In this document: piece after piece, positions 9,811 through 20,611 of the stretch
Numbering within the stretch: position 1 is the first letter of the stretch
Layout of the letters: every line of letters starts with the position of its first letter
Source: Candidatus Multivoradales bacterium
GTDB taxonomy: Bacteria; Acidobacteriota; Thermoanaerobaculia; Multivoradales; JAHEKO01
Direction: 5' to 3'
Assembly (NCBI GenBank): GCA_965223855.1
Contig: CBDCXM010000009.1
Coordinates: forward strand, 1,856,001 to 1,920,000
DNA length: 64,000 nucleotides
Program-made: the position numbers and the translations under genes
Notes under the pieces: model-generated
What the model was told of the DNA's origin: nothing
What the model saw: only the letters and a program-made list of their open reading frames with translations
The model's database searches: none

Positions 9811-11761
9811 GGCTCCGTGATCTCGATGATCGACGATATCTCGAGCCCCTCGGTCACCTCCTGCCGCTCGCCGGACGGCCACTCCACGATCACGCGCTCG
9901 ACGGTGTCGGCGCCGCCGAGTCCGAAGTAGAGCGGCAGGGAACTCTGCGAGAGATAGCCGGACTTGCCGTCATGGGTCTCGGTGAAACTGCCGCCTCCCG
10001 CTTCCACCGTGACCCGCGCGCCGAGGCCGTCCCGATTCGACCGGGTGCCGATGAGTCGCACCTTGAGGAAGCGGATGTCCGCACGCTCGCTCAGGTTGCT
10101 CACGAGCACCTGCGGTCGGTCGTTGAACTCGCCGGTGACGATGTCGAGGTCGCCGTCGTCGTCGAAGTCGATCAGGAGTGAGCTGCGGGTGCCGACGTTG
10201 CCCATCACCACGTACTGGCCGCGCCTGGAGGCGCACATCAGATGCGGTGCGTCGGCGCCCTGGCAGTCGATCGTGAACCACGGCTTCTTGGTGACGAGGA
10301 ACGGCATCCGTGGGTCGAACCACTCCCGCTCCACGAGCCTCGCGCGGGCTCGACCCCGAGGATGAACTCGCTGTCGAGAAAGCGCTCGCCGCGGTTGTTG
10401 ATCAGCACGCTGTTGACGCCGTAGTGGTAGGGGAAGTTCATGCTCGAAGCGATGAAGACGTCGTCCCACCCGTCGGCGTTGAGGTCGTCGACGCTCACCC
10501 CCCACGGCCAGTAGTTCTCGGCTCCGATGGCGTCGGACACCTCGGCGAACGAGCCGTCCGGCTGGCGCTCGTAGAAGGCGTTGCCGAAGATGTTGTTGTC
10601 GCCGCCCTGAAGGGTCGCGTCGTCCCACTGCATGAGGGACTTGTACTTCTCGTACCCCGGCGTCACCTTGCGGCTCATGTCGGAGTGCATGTCGGTCAGG
10701 ATGAGGTCCTCACGTCCGTCGCGGTTGTAGTCGAAGAACTTGATCCCCATCGTTCCCCACGGGGTCTTGGGGAAGTAGTCGGCGGTGCGGTCGACGAAAC
10801 GCCGGCCCTCGACGTTCTCGAAGTACTGATCGTCGCCCTGCATGTTGAGCAGGTAGAGATCCTGGTACCCGTCGCCGTTCAGGTCGGTGAGACTGGCGTC
10901 GCCGCTCCAGATTCCGGTCGCGAGGCCGGCCGCCTCGGTCACGTCCTCGAAGCGGCCGTCTCCGAGGTTGCGGTAGAGGATCGACGCCTCCGTCCGGCTC
11001 TCGACGAGGTGTCCGGAGAACGCGTCCTTCTCCGGGTGGTCGGTCGGGATTCCGGCCCAGTACCCGGTGTTGGTCATCTGATCGACGGTGTACTTGCCGA
11101 CGTTGGTGACGAAGAGGTCGAGAAGGCCGTCGTTGTCGTAGTCGAAGAACATCGGCGCCGAGGAGTGCCCGACATGTTCGACACCCGCCTCGGCCGTGAC
11201 GTCGCGAAACCGCCCGTTGCCGTCGTTCTCGAAGAGTGCGTTCCCCATCCGTACCGTGGTGACGACGAGGTCGGGATCGCCGTCGTTGTCGTAATCGGCG
11301 AAGGCGGCACCGGCTCCCAGCCGATCGGCCAGCGCGACGTCGGCGCTGCCCGGCGCGAGCTCGAAGCGCCCGCCACCGAGATTGCGCCACAGTTCGTTGG
11401 CTCCCAGCTGGTTGACGAAGAAGATGTCGAGTCGCCCGTCGCCGTCGATGTCGGCACTGACCAGAGAGTTGCCGTGGTCGTAGTGATTGGGCTGGTAGAA
11501 CTTGCCCGAGTCGGGCGTGCTCCTGTGCTCGAAGGTGATCCCGCTCTCCGGCTGGCGCTCGGCGAAGGTGAAGTCGACGTTGACGTCGAACTGGTCGATC
11601 GTCTGCTTCTGGGCCCACTCGCGCACCTCGAGCATCTCCCAACCCCAGTCGTTCTCGGGGACGGCGACGACGGTGGGCCCCTGTCCCCGAACGGGGGCCG
11701 GGCCTGCGACGGCGAAGGCGAAAGCCGGCACCGCCAAGATCCAGTTGATCCTGGTTCTCAT
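9807..11761 (-). CDS. CRTAC1/ASPIC-UnbV family protein (subfamily A), split by a 1-nt deletion near 10347
   Basis: ORFs 10238..12181 and 9807..10628 join into one paralogue of 27599 and 29853 if one G is added to the GGG at 10346-10348 (GVEPR-ARLVEREW). ATG 11761 with signal peptide. Confidence 0.85.
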
Positions 11762-12033
11762 TCTCTGTTCTCCCTGCTGTCGGAGGCGATACGGGTGAGT
11801 CGGCAGCTCGAGCCGCGCGCGAAGGGACGCGGAGCCCGAAAAGCCTGCTGCCAGCAGGATGCTAGCACGGCATCCGACAGCGAGCTTTCGGGAAGTGCGG
11901 GGCCTCGTGAAGCGTTGTACAGGCGGGCGGAGGCCGCCATGCGGACTGCTAGGATGCACCCTGTCGCAGGCGCAAGGTCCGGGACGGTCCGCGGTTCGAA
12001 GACCCTGCCGCCCTCTGCCCATCGGAGCTGATC

Positions 12034-13803
12034 TTGCACGCGAGTCTTCATCGTCCTCAGCGAGCGCCGGAACGACCCTCGTTTCGCCCTCTGGGTGGAG
12101 CTGTCGTTGCGATTCTGTTGCTCGCCTTTCCCGCCGGCGCGAGCGAGCCGCAGTGGGTCGACGGCAGCGGTGAGACGGCACTCGACTTCGTGCACTTCAA
12201 CGGCATGACCGGCGAGCTCTATTTCTCGGAGATCATGGGGTCGGGCGTCGCGCTTCTAGACTACGACGGCGACGGCGACCTCGACAGCTACTGGGTACAG
12301 GGGGCGATGCTCGAGCCGGGGGACGACCAGGCGACGGCGCTGATCCCTCGGCGCGGCGTCGCGGGAGACCGCCTGCTGCGCAACGACCGGCTCGACGACG
12401 GAGGCCTGCGCTGGACCGACGTCACCGCGGCGAGCGGCCTGGCCGCCGAGGGCAACGGCATGGGGGTGGCGGTCGGAGACGTCGATGGTGACGGAGTTCC
12501 GGATCTCTACGTCACCAACCTCGGTGCGAACCAGCTCTGGCGCAACCGCGGAGACGGCAGCTTCGAGGACCGCACCCGACCGGCCGCCGTCGGCGACCGG
12601 CGCTGGGGGGTCTCCGCTTCGTTCTCCGACTACGACGGTGACGGCCGGCTCGACCTCTATGTCGGCAACTACGTCGGCTTCCGCCGCGCGGTGCACAAGG
12701 AGTGCCTCTCACCGACGGGCATCGCCGACTACTGCGGCCCGCTCTCCTACGAGGCGGAGCCGGACGTCCTCTACCGCAACGTCGGCGACGGCACCTTCGA
12801 AGACGTGACGCAGCGCAGCGGACTCGCGGCAGCCGGCGACGGCAGCACCCTGGGAGTGATCGCGGCCGACTTCGACGGCGACGGTTCGACCGACTTCTAC
12901 ACCGCCAACGATCAGGTGCCCAACCGGCTGTGGCTGCAGCTCGAGCCGGGGAGCTTCCTCGACGACGCGATGGTCACCGGCACCGCCGTCAACGAGGAGG
13001 GGCAGCCTGAGGCGAGCATGGGGCTCGTCGCCGCCGACTTCGACCACGACGGGTCGATCGACCTCTTCCTTTCCCATCTGACTCGGGAGACCAACACCCT
13101 CTACCTCAACGACGGCAACGGCGTGTTCCGCGATTCGACCCGGGACAGTGGGCTCGGCCTGTCGAGCTGGCAGGCGACCGGCTTCGGCGTCGGAGTGCTC
13201 GACGCCGACCTCGACGGCCTCCTCGACCTCTTCATCACCAACGGCGCGGTTCGTCGCCTGCCCGAGCTGGTCGCCGCCGGCGACGCATTTCCCCTGCGCC
13301 AGCCCGATCTTTTCTATCGCAACGTCGGCGCGGGCAGCTTCGAGGACGTGAGCGAGGCTTCCGGTGTCCTCGCTCTCCCGACCGAGGTGGGAAGAGGGGT
13401 GGCGGTCGGCGATATCGACAACGACGGCGATCCCGATCTCGCCGTCTCCAACAACTCGGGGCCGGGACTCTTTCTGCGCAACGAGACCACGGTCGGGAAC
13501 TCGTGGGTCGGCTGCCGGCTGCTCGACAGGACCGGTGCGACGACGCTGGGTAGTACGGTCGAGGCCCGGCGGTCGGGCTTCGTTGCCCGGACGACCAGCC
13601 GCACCGACGGCAGCTACGCCTCGGCGAACGACGCGCGGACCCTGCTGGGCCTCGGTTCGGACGAGGGGCCGCACGAACTGGAGATCGGGTTCCCCTCCGG
13701 TCGGCGTCTCAGGGTGAGGAAGGCCCCAACGGCCCGCTGGCTCACCTTCGACGGCGCCTCGCCCGGCGTTTTCGCAGACGGCGCGGTCGAGGCCGCGCAG
13801 TGA
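12034..13803 (+). CDS. CRTAC1/ASPIC-UnbV family protein (subfamily B, HFNG type)
   Basis: FVHFNGMTGELYFSEIMGSG, FG-GAP repeats, DYCGP, PEASMG, DGSYASAND. Start approximate. Confidence 0.9.
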   Translation: MHASLHRPQRAPERPSFRPLGGAVVAILLLAFPAGASEPQWVDGSGETALDFVHFNGMTGELYFSEIMGSGVALLDYDGDGDLDSYWVQGAMLEPGDDQATALIPRRGVAGDRLLRNDRLDDGGLRWTDVTAASGLAAEGNGMGVAVGDVDGDGVPDLYVTNLGANQLWRNRGDGSFEDRTRPAAVGDRRWGVSASFSDYDGDGRLDLYVGNYVGFRRAVHKECLSPTGIADYCGPLSYEAEPDVLYRNVGDGTFEDVTQRSGLAAAGDGSTLGVIAADFDGDGSTDFYTANDQVPNRLWLQLEPGSFLDDAMVTGTAVNEEGQPEASMGLVAADFDHDGSIDLFLSHLTRETNTLYLNDGNGVFRDSTRDSGLGLSSWQATGFGVGVLDADLDGLLDLFITNGAVRRLPELVAAGDAFPLRQPDLFYRNVGAGSFEDVSEASGVLALPTEVGRGVAVGDIDNDGDPDLAVSNNSGPGLFLRNETTVGNSWVGCRLLDRTGATTLGSTVEARRSGFVARTTSRTDGSYASANDARTLLGLGSDEGPHELEIGFPSGRRLRVRKAPTARWLTFDGASPGVFADGAVEAAQ

Positions 13804-15590
13804 GCGATGGCCGCAAAGGCCTCGCCCGGGGTCTGCTCGTGACGGTCGGAATCCTCGCAGCGGCGGTGGCGCCGGCTCGGGAGACGGTCCGGGAGCTCGA
13901 AGAAGCCGATTTTCCGGGATCGGGCGTCCCGCAACCACCGCTCGACTCACTGGAGCCGGAGGTGCGTCGGCACCTCGACGAGGCGATGGAGCGGGTGGCT
14001 GCCGCCGGGGAGAACCCGGAACTTCTTCCAGAGGCGCTCGGAGCTCTCGGTCAGGTCTACTACCTCTACGATTTCACCGAGTCGGCGCGAGCCGCCTTCG
14101 AGGCCGCGGCCTCGGAGGCTTCCGATGACTTCCGCTGGCACTACTACCTGGGTGCGCTGGCGAGGCTCGACGGGCTTCTCGAGGCCGCCGTCGCTCATCT
14201 CGAGCGGGCGCTCGAGCTGCAGCCGGACGATGTGCCGGCGCTGACGCGCCTCGCCGACGTGCGGCTCGAGCTGGGCGAGCGGGAGAGGGCACGCGAACTC
14301 TACCTGCGCGCCGAGGCGCTCGAGCCGGGGAGCGCAGCCGTCCAGTACGGGCTCGGCCGGATCGCCGAGTACGAGGGCGAGCACGAGAGGGCGATCGAGC
14401 GGTTCGAGCGAGCCCTCGCGCTCCAGCCGGCGGCGACATCGGTGCACTACCGGTTGGGTCTCGCTCATCGGGAGCTCGGTAACCGCGAGGAGGCGCGGCG
14501 CCAGATGAGCCTCAACCGCGGCGATCGGGTTCGCATGCAGGATCCGTTGATCGACGCCATCGGGGCGCTGGTGCAGGGGGGCGAGGTGTACTTCCGAGCC
14601 GGCGTCGAAGCGTCGAAGCGCGGGGAGTTCGAGGAGGCGATCGCGCTCTTCCGCCGGGCCGAAGAGGAGTCGCCCGAGGACGCGCAGGTGCAGTACAACC
14701 TCTCGCTGGCGCTGGGCAGGCTGGAACGGCACAGGGAGGCGCAGGCGGCGCTCGAGCGGGCGATCGAGATCGATCCCGAGTTTCGCAACGCGCACTTCAA
14801 TCTCGGTCTGGCGCTCGCCGAACAGGGCGACCTCGCAGGGGCGGAACGGCACTTCGGCACTGCGCATCGGATCGATCCCGAAGACGTCGACTCTCATCTC
14901 GAGTGGGCGACCGCGCTGGCGCTTCTCGGACGTCGCCCGGAAGCGATCGCCGAGCTCGAGGAGCTGGTCACCCGGGTGCCGGGGGCGGCCGCGGCGCACG
15001 AGCGGCTCGGCCGGCTGCTCGACGGTGTCGGCAGGTCCGAGGCGGCGCTGGACCACCTCGCGACCGCGGTCGAGCTCGAACCGGAACGGATCGAAGCGCG
15101 ATCGACCCTCGCGACCCTTCTGGGCCGCCAGGGGCGCTTCCTCGAGGCCGCCGCGCAGTTCGAGGCCGTGATCGAGGAGGACGGCAGTCGGCTCGAGACG
15201 CATTTCGGAGCGGCGATGGCGAGGCTGCTGGGTGACGACGAGGCCGGCGCGAGACAACGTCTGGAAGCGAGCGTCGCGGCGCTACCGGGGACGACCTCTC
15301 TGGAGCATCTGCTCGCCCGGGTGCTGGCGACCGCCGGCTCGGAGGCGGCGCGTGACGGCGAGCGGAGCCTCGAACTGGCGACTTCGGTGATGGGGCGGGA
15401 GAGGACGATCGAGCACGCCCAGACGGTGGCGATGGCGCTCGCCGAACTCGGGCGCTTCGACGAGGCGGCCGCTTTGCAGGAGCAGGTCGTGCAGCAGCTC
15501 GCCGGCGGCGGCGGAGCGACGACTGCACGGCAGAGACTGGACGGATACCGCAGGGGCGAGCCCTGTCGCCGGCCGTGGAGCGGTTCATGA
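13800..15590 (+). CDS. Secreted tetratricopeptide repeat protein
   Basis: Signal peptide and ~12 TPR-like repeats (e.g. AHFNLGLALAEQGDLAGA). Translationally coupled to both neighbours. Confidence 0.9.
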   Translation: MSDGRKGLARGLLVTVGILAAAVAPARETVRELEEADFPGSGVPQPPLDSLEPEVRRHLDEAMERVAAAGENPELLPEALGALGQVYYLYDFTESARAAFEAAASEASDDFRWHYYLGALARLDGLLEAAVAHLERALELQPDDVPALTRLADVRLELGERERARELYLRAEALEPGSAAVQYGLGRIAEYEGEHERAIERFERALALQPAATSVHYRLGLAHRELGNREEARRQMSLNRGDRVRMQDPLIDAIGALVQGGEVYFRAGVEASKRGEFEEAIALFRRAEEESPEDAQVQYNLSLALGRLERHREAQAALERAIEIDPEFRNAHFNLGLALAEQGDLAGAERHFGTAHRIDPEDVDSHLEWATALALLGRRPEAIAELEELVTRVPGAAAAHERLGRLLDGVGRSEAALDHLATAVELEPERIEARSTLATLLGRQGRFLEAAAQFEAVIEEDGSRLETHFGAAMARLLGDDEAGARQRLEASVAALPGTTSLEHLLARVLATAGSEAARDGERSLELATSVMGRERTIEHAQTVAMALAELGRFDEAAALQEQVVQQLAGGGGATTARQRLDGYRRGEPCRRPWSGS

Positions 15591-17233
15591 TCGCCGGCCG
15601 TTGCTCTTCGAGCCGCCTCCTTCTCATCGCTGGTCTCGCCCTGGCCGGCGAGGCCCGGGGTGACGACGCCTGGTTTCGCGACGCCGCCGAGGAGTGGGGA
15701 GTGGAGTTCCGGCATCACCACGGCGGCTCCGGTCGCCGCTACATGGTGGAGACGATGTCCGGAGGGGTGGCGATCGTCGACTATGACGGCGACGGCGATC
15801 TCGATCTCTTCTTCGTCGACGGCGGCGTTCTACCCGGCTACGAGGGGGAGGCGCCGAGCTCCCGGCTGTTGAGGAACGACGGCGGGCGCTTCGTCGACGT
15901 GACCGAGGGATCCGGCCTGGAGGTCGCCGGATACGGGATGGGTGTGGCGGTCGGCGATGCCGACGGCGACGGCCGGGTCGATCTCTACGTGACGGCCTAC
16001 GGTGCCAATCAGCTCTTCCGCAACCGCGGCGACGGCAGCTTCGAGGACGTCTCGGAGACGAGCGGGCTGGCGGATCCTCTGTGGTCCGCCTCCGCGGCGT
16101 TCGTCGACGCCGACCTCGACGGCGACCTCGACCTCTACGTCGGCAACTATCTCGACTTCGATCTCGAGAAGCATCGCGAGTGCCGCGACGCCAACAACGG
16201 CGAGCCGATCTACTGTCCGCCCAAGACCTATCCGGGGGTTCCCGATCGGTTCTATCGCAACGACGGGGGCGGGGTGTTCACCTCTGCGCGCGAGGAAGCG
16301 GGGTTGGTGCCGTCCGAGAACATGGCGGCTCTGGGCGTGGTCGTCGGCGACGTCGACGTCGACGGCTGGCCCGATCTCTACATTGCCAACGACGAGGAGC
16401 CGAATCTGCTCTTTCTCGCAAGGGGAGGCGGCCGATTCGAGGACCAGGGGCTGCTCTCGGGCAGCGCGCTGAGCGAGCGGGGCTCCGTCGAGGCCGGCAT
16501 GGGGGTCGATCTGGGCGACATCGACGGCGACGGCCTGCCCGACATCGTCGTCACCAACTTCGAGAAGGAGTCGAACGGTCTCTACCGCAACCTGGGGGGC
16601 GGTCTCTTCATCGACCAACGCTACCCGGCCAACATCGCGGAGTCGTCGCTCCTGATGCTCGGCTTTGGAGTCGCCCTCGCCGATCTCGACCACGACCGCG
16701 ACCTCGATCTGCTGATTGGCAACGGTCACGTGCGTGACAACGCCGACGACTTCGGAGACAGCAGCTACGCGCAGCGCAACCAGGTGCTCGTCAACGACGG
16801 CAGGGGTCGCTTCACCGAGGTGCCCCAGCCCGGATTCGGCCCGCCGCGGGTGACCCGCGGCCTGGCGTACGGTGATCTCGATCGCGACGGTGACCTCGAC
16901 TTCGTTGCGGTGAGCTCCAACGACCGGGCCGAAGCGCTCGAGAACCTGGCGGCGAACGGCGACTGGCTGCAGATCGACCTCGTCGGCGCGGGTGCAAATC
17001 CTCAGGCGCTGGGCGCTCGACTCGTGCTGCACCTGGACGGAGAAGCGATCCATCGCGAAGTGCGGACGACCGCGTCCTACCTGTCGCAGAACTCGAATGT
17101 CGTGCACTATGGCCTCGGTGATTCGGAGGTCGCCGACCGGGTCGACGTCACCTGGCCTCGAGGGCAGCGGCAGCGACTCGTCGCCCTGCCTTCGAACCGG
17201 TTCGTGCGCCTCTCGGAGACTCGATCGAAGTGA
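15587..17233 (+). CDS. CRTAC1/ASPIC-UnbV family protein (subfamily B)
   Basis: ATGA overlap with the TPR gene. HHHGGSGRRYMVET, FG-GAP repeats, EAGMG, SYLSQN...HYGLG. Confidence 0.9.
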   Translation: MIAGRCSSSRLLLIAGLALAGEARGDDAWFRDAAEEWGVEFRHHHGGSGRRYMVETMSGGVAIVDYDGDGDLDLFFVDGGVLPGYEGEAPSSRLLRNDGGRFVDVTEGSGLEVAGYGMGVAVGDADGDGRVDLYVTAYGANQLFRNRGDGSFEDVSETSGLADPLWSASAAFVDADLDGDLDLYVGNYLDFDLEKHRECRDANNGEPIYCPPKTYPGVPDRFYRNDGGGVFTSAREEAGLVPSENMAALGVVVGDVDVDGWPDLYIANDEEPNLLFLARGGGRFEDQGLLSGSALSERGSVEAGMGVDLGDIDGDGLPDIVVTNFEKESNGLYRNLGGGLFIDQRYPANIAESSLLMLGFGVALADLDHDRDLDLLIGNGHVRDNADDFGDSSYAQRNQVLVNDGRGRFTEVPQPGFGPPRVTRGLAYGDLDRDGDLDFVAVSSNDRAEALENLAANGDWLQIDLVGAGANPQALGARLVLHLDGEAIHREVRTTASYLSQNSNVVHYGLGDSEVADRVDVTWPRGQRQRLVALPSNRFVRLSETRSK

Positions 17234-18858
17234 GGCGGCCGAAGGCAACTCTCGCCGCGGCACTGATGGCGACCTGCGCAGTCGGGAGCTTGCCCGGAGA
17301 GACAGGTGCCTCAGGTTCCCTGCGCTTCGAGCCGGCGAGCTGGGGACTCGAGTTCCGGCATCGGCATGGCGGGTCGGGACGTCGCTACATGGCCGAAACC
17401 GTCATCGGAGGTGTGGTGCTCTTCGACTACGACGGCGATGGCGACGCCGACGCTCTCTTCGTCGATGGCGCAGCACTTCCCGGCTATGAAGGGGAGGCTC
17501 CCGCCAGCCGGCTGCTGCGCAACGACGGCGGTCGCTTCGAGGACGTGTCGCAGCGCTCGGGGATCGACTTCGGCGGCTACGGCAACGGGGCGGCCGCCGC
17601 TGACGTCGACGGCGACGGGGACGTCGATCTCTACCTGACCGCCCTCGGCTCGAACGCCCTCTACCGCAATCTGGGCGACGGCCGCTTCGAAGCGGTGCCG
17701 CAAGCCGGCGGTGCCGACTCTTCCGCCTGGAGCACCGGCGCGGCGTTCGGCGACGTCGATCGCGACGGTGACCCCGACCTCTACGTCGCCAACTACGTCG
17801 AGTACTCGATCGAAGAGCACCGTCCTTGCCTCACCCAGGGCATCGAGGTCTATTGTCATCCCGGCAAGTTCCCGGGTTCAGGGGATCACTTCTTCAGGAA
17901 CCGTGGCGACGGCAGCTTCGAGGAGGCAACCGCTCAGGCAGGGCTGGCTACCTCGACGGCGGAGGCGGGTCTGGGCGTCATTTTCTCGGATCTCGACAGG
18001 GACGGCTTTCCCGACCTCTTCGTGGCCAACGATTCCGATCCGAACTTCCTGTTCCGCAACCGTGCCGACGGGACGTTCGAGGACATGTCGCTCCTCTCCG
18101 GCACCTCCTACGGCGACTCGGGACGACCCGAGGCGGGGATGGGGCTCGACGTCGCCGACGTGACCGGAGACGGCCGGTTCGAGATCGTGGTGACTCACTT
18201 CGAGGCCGAAACCAACGCCCTCTACTCCTACCAGGGGCGGTGGGTGTTCAGCGATCTCCGCTGGGCCTCCGGCGTCGCGGAACCGTCTCTGAGCGAGCTC
18301 GCCTTCGGCGTCGGTTTCGCCGACTTCGACCACGATGGCGACTTCGATCTCGCCATCGCCAACGGTCACATCCTCGACAACGCCTCCGAGATCGTAGCCA
18401 CGAGTCGGTTTGCTCAGCCCAACGTGATCCTGGAGAACCTCGGGGAAGGACGATTCGCCCCGGAGCTCGAGGCCGGGCTCGACCAACCGGGTGTCAGCCG
18501 CGGCCTCGCCACCGGCGATCTGGATCTGGACGGCGACGTCGACCTCGTGATCGTCAATTCGAACGATCTGGCCGAGGCTTACGAGAACGTCGGCGCACGG
18601 GGTGGATGGGTGGTGTTCGAGCCCGTCGGCCCGGCGGGGGCTCCGGCGACAGGCGCGATCGTCGAGATTACCGCCGGATCCCGGAGTCGGGTCGACGAGC
18701 TCCACGCCGGCTCGTCCTACCTGTCGCAGCACGAGGCGCGGCTCCACTTCGGTCTCGGCGAGGAGTCCGTCGTCGAGTCTGTCGATCTCTACCGCCCGGC
18801 AGCCGGACGCTCGCGCTACCTCCGACTGCCGGCCGGGCGCCGCTACCGGTTGCCCTGA
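17230..18858 (+). CDS. CRTAC1/ASPIC-UnbV family protein (subfamily B)
   Basis: HRHGGSGRRYMAET, LPGYEGEA, PEAGMG, SSYLSQH...HFGLG. GTGA overlap. Confidence 0.9.
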   Translation: MRRPKATLAAALMATCAVGSLPGETGASGSLRFEPASWGLEFRHRHGGSGRRYMAETVIGGVVLFDYDGDGDADALFVDGAALPGYEGEAPASRLLRNDGGRFEDVSQRSGIDFGGYGNGAAAADVDGDGDVDLYLTALGSNALYRNLGDGRFEAVPQAGGADSSAWSTGAAFGDVDRDGDPDLYVANYVEYSIEEHRPCLTQGIEVYCHPGKFPGSGDHFFRNRGDGSFEEATAQAGLATSTAEAGLGVIFSDLDRDGFPDLFVANDSDPNFLFRNRADGTFEDMSLLSGTSYGDSGRPEAGMGLDVADVTGDGRFEIVVTHFEAETNALYSYQGRWVFSDLRWASGVAEPSLSELAFGVGFADFDHDGDFDLAIANGHILDNASEIVATSRFAQPNVILENLGEGRFAPELEAGLDQPGVSRGLATGDLDLDGDVDLVIVNSNDLAEAYENVGARGGWVVFEPVGPAGAPATGAIVEITAGSRSRVDELHAGSSYLSQHEARLHFGLGEESVVESVDLYRPAAGRSRYLRLPAGRRYRLP

Positions 18859-20582
18859 GCGGCCGCTCCCGGGGCGACGAGTCTCAGGCGCCGACCGGGG
18901 GGGAGGTCGCTCCAACGCTGGCGGGCTCCGTCGGGCCAGGTGACTTCGATGGCGTCGATCCGCTCTGCCGCCCCGAGACCGAAGTGGCGGGTCAGCGGCT
19001 TCTGCGAGAGGTAGGACGTCGCCGTAACCGCCGGCGCCGACTGTCGGCGGCCGGCCTCCACGTGAACGATCGCTCCGATGCCGTCGGTGTTGCTCCCACC
19101 CGAAGACAGATCCAGCTGCACGAAGTCGCCGGCCCCGGTCGTGACGTTCTCGTAGACCTCCGCCAGGTCGTCCGAGTTGACGGCGATCACGTCGAGGTCG
19201 CCGTCGCCGTCGAGGTCGCCGCTGGTCAGCCCGCGGCTGACCCGAACGATGTCGAGGCCGCAATCGAGGCATTCGGTGAACCGCCCCTCGCCGTCGTTGA
19301 CGAGGAGCTGATTGCGCTGTTCGTAGGACAGGCCCGGGAAACTGAGGTGGACGTTGTCGAGGATGTGCCCGTTGGCGATCAGCAGGTCGAGGTCGCCGTC
19401 CTGGTCGAGGTCGGTGAAGTCGGTGCCGAAGCCGAGCATCGACAGAGAAGGTTGCGCCACGCCGAGCAGGTGCCGGGCATCGGTGAAGAGACCGCCGCCG
19501 ATGTTTCGGTAGAGGGCGTTCGTCTCGAGGTCGAAGTTGGTCACGTAGAGGTCGAACCGCCCGTCGCCGTCGATGTCCCCGACGGTGACCCCCATCCCCG
19601 CTTCGGCCTTCATCCGGTCGCCGTGAGAGGTTCCGGAGAGGAGCGAATCGTCCTCGAACGTCCCGTCGCCGCGGTTGCGGAAGAAGTAGTTGGGGGTCGT
19701 GTCGTTGGCGACGTAGACGTCGATCGTGCCGTCGCCGTCGAGATCCGCGGTAACGATGCCGAGGCCCTTGCCGGAGGCCTCCGCGAGCCCGGCGGCAACA
19801 GTCACGTCCTCGAAGCCGCTTCCGCCGACGTTGCGGAAGAGCTGGTCCTGACCGCCCTCGAAAACCTCAGGGTGGCAGAAGCCGACGATCCCCTGGGGGC
19901 TCTTACAGACGGGCGCGTCCTCGAGTGAGTAGTCGAGATAGCTGACGGCGTAGAGGTCGAGGTAGCCGTCACCGTCGAAGTCGGCGAACGCCGCCGACGA
20001 GGTCCAGCGGTCGCCGGCGGCTCCGAAGCGATCGGTCGCATCTTCGAAGGAGCCGTCGCCCCGGTTGAGGTAGAAGCGGTTGGGGCCGTAGGCGGTGAGA
20101 TAGAGGTCGAGGTCGCCGTCTCCGTCGACATCACCGGCGGTGCCGCCGTTGAGGTAGCCCTCGATCGATCCGAGAGCAGAGTCGGTGACGTCGCGGAACG
20201 CTCGGCCGCCTTCGTTGCGGTAGAGGATCGTGCGCCCGGCCTCACCTTCGTAGCCGGGCAAGGCTCCCGCGTCGATGAACAGAGGATCGACGTCGCCGTC
20301 TCCGTCGTAGTCGAAGAGGACGATGCCCCCAGAGTTGGTCTCCATCATGTAGCGGCGGCCCGAACCACCGCTGTGATGTCGGAAGACGAGCCCCCACGCC
20401 TCGGACACTTCCCTCAGGGTGATTGCGGCTTCCTCGGGTTCGGCCGGCTGTGCGCCGGTCGGTGCGCTGTCTGACAGCGCGAGGGCCGGAATTGCGAGGA
20501 TCGCTGCGACGGCGACGACCGGCGCGGTCGCAGCGCGGCACCGGCAATACCCGACGGTGCCAGGATTCCCTGGGATGAGCAT
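18843..20582 (-). CDS. CRTAC1/ASPIC-UnbV family protein (subfamily B)
   Basis: HHSGGSGRRYMMET, LPGYEGEA, AEAGMG, TSYLSQ...HFGLG. Convergent 16-bp overlap with the previous gene; start approximate. Confidence 0.9.
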   Translation of the reverse strand: MLIPGNPGTVGYCRCRAATAPVVAVAAILAIPALALSDSAPTGAQPAEPEEAAITLREVSEAWGLVFRHHSGGSGRRYMMETNSGGIVLFDYDGDGDVDPLFIDAGALPGYEGEAGRTILYRNEGGRAFRDVTDSALGSIEGYLNGGTAGDVDGDGDLDLYLTAYGPNRFYLNRGDGSFEDATDRFGAAGDRWTSSAAFADFDGDGYLDLYAVSYLDYSLEDAPVCKSPQGIVGFCHPEVFEGGQDQLFRNVGGSGFEDVTVAAGLAEASGKGLGIVTADLDGDGTIDVYVANDTTPNYFFRNRGDGTFEDDSLLSGTSHGDRMKAEAGMGVTVGDIDGDGRFDLYVTNFDLETNALYRNIGGGLFTDARHLLGVAQPSLSMLGFGTDFTDLDQDGDLDLLIANGHILDNVHLSFPGLSYEQRNQLLVNDGEGRFTECLDCGLDIVRVSRGLTSGDLDGDGDLDVIAVNSDDLAEVYENVTTGAGDFVQLDLSSGGSNTDGIGAIVHVEAGRRQSAPAVTATSYLSQKPLTRHFGLGAAERIDAIEVTWPDGARQRWSDLPPGRRLRLVAPGAAAQGNR

Positions 20583-20611
20583 CGACGCGAGGACAGTGAA
20601 GGAGCGGCCGA

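Noticed and set aside
10340-10350. Pseudogene or programmed frameshift in the 9807 propeller gene
   Set aside because: A single missing base in a short G/C run restores the paralogue-conserved GVEPR, and pheT shows the same error type. A sequencing error is more likely.
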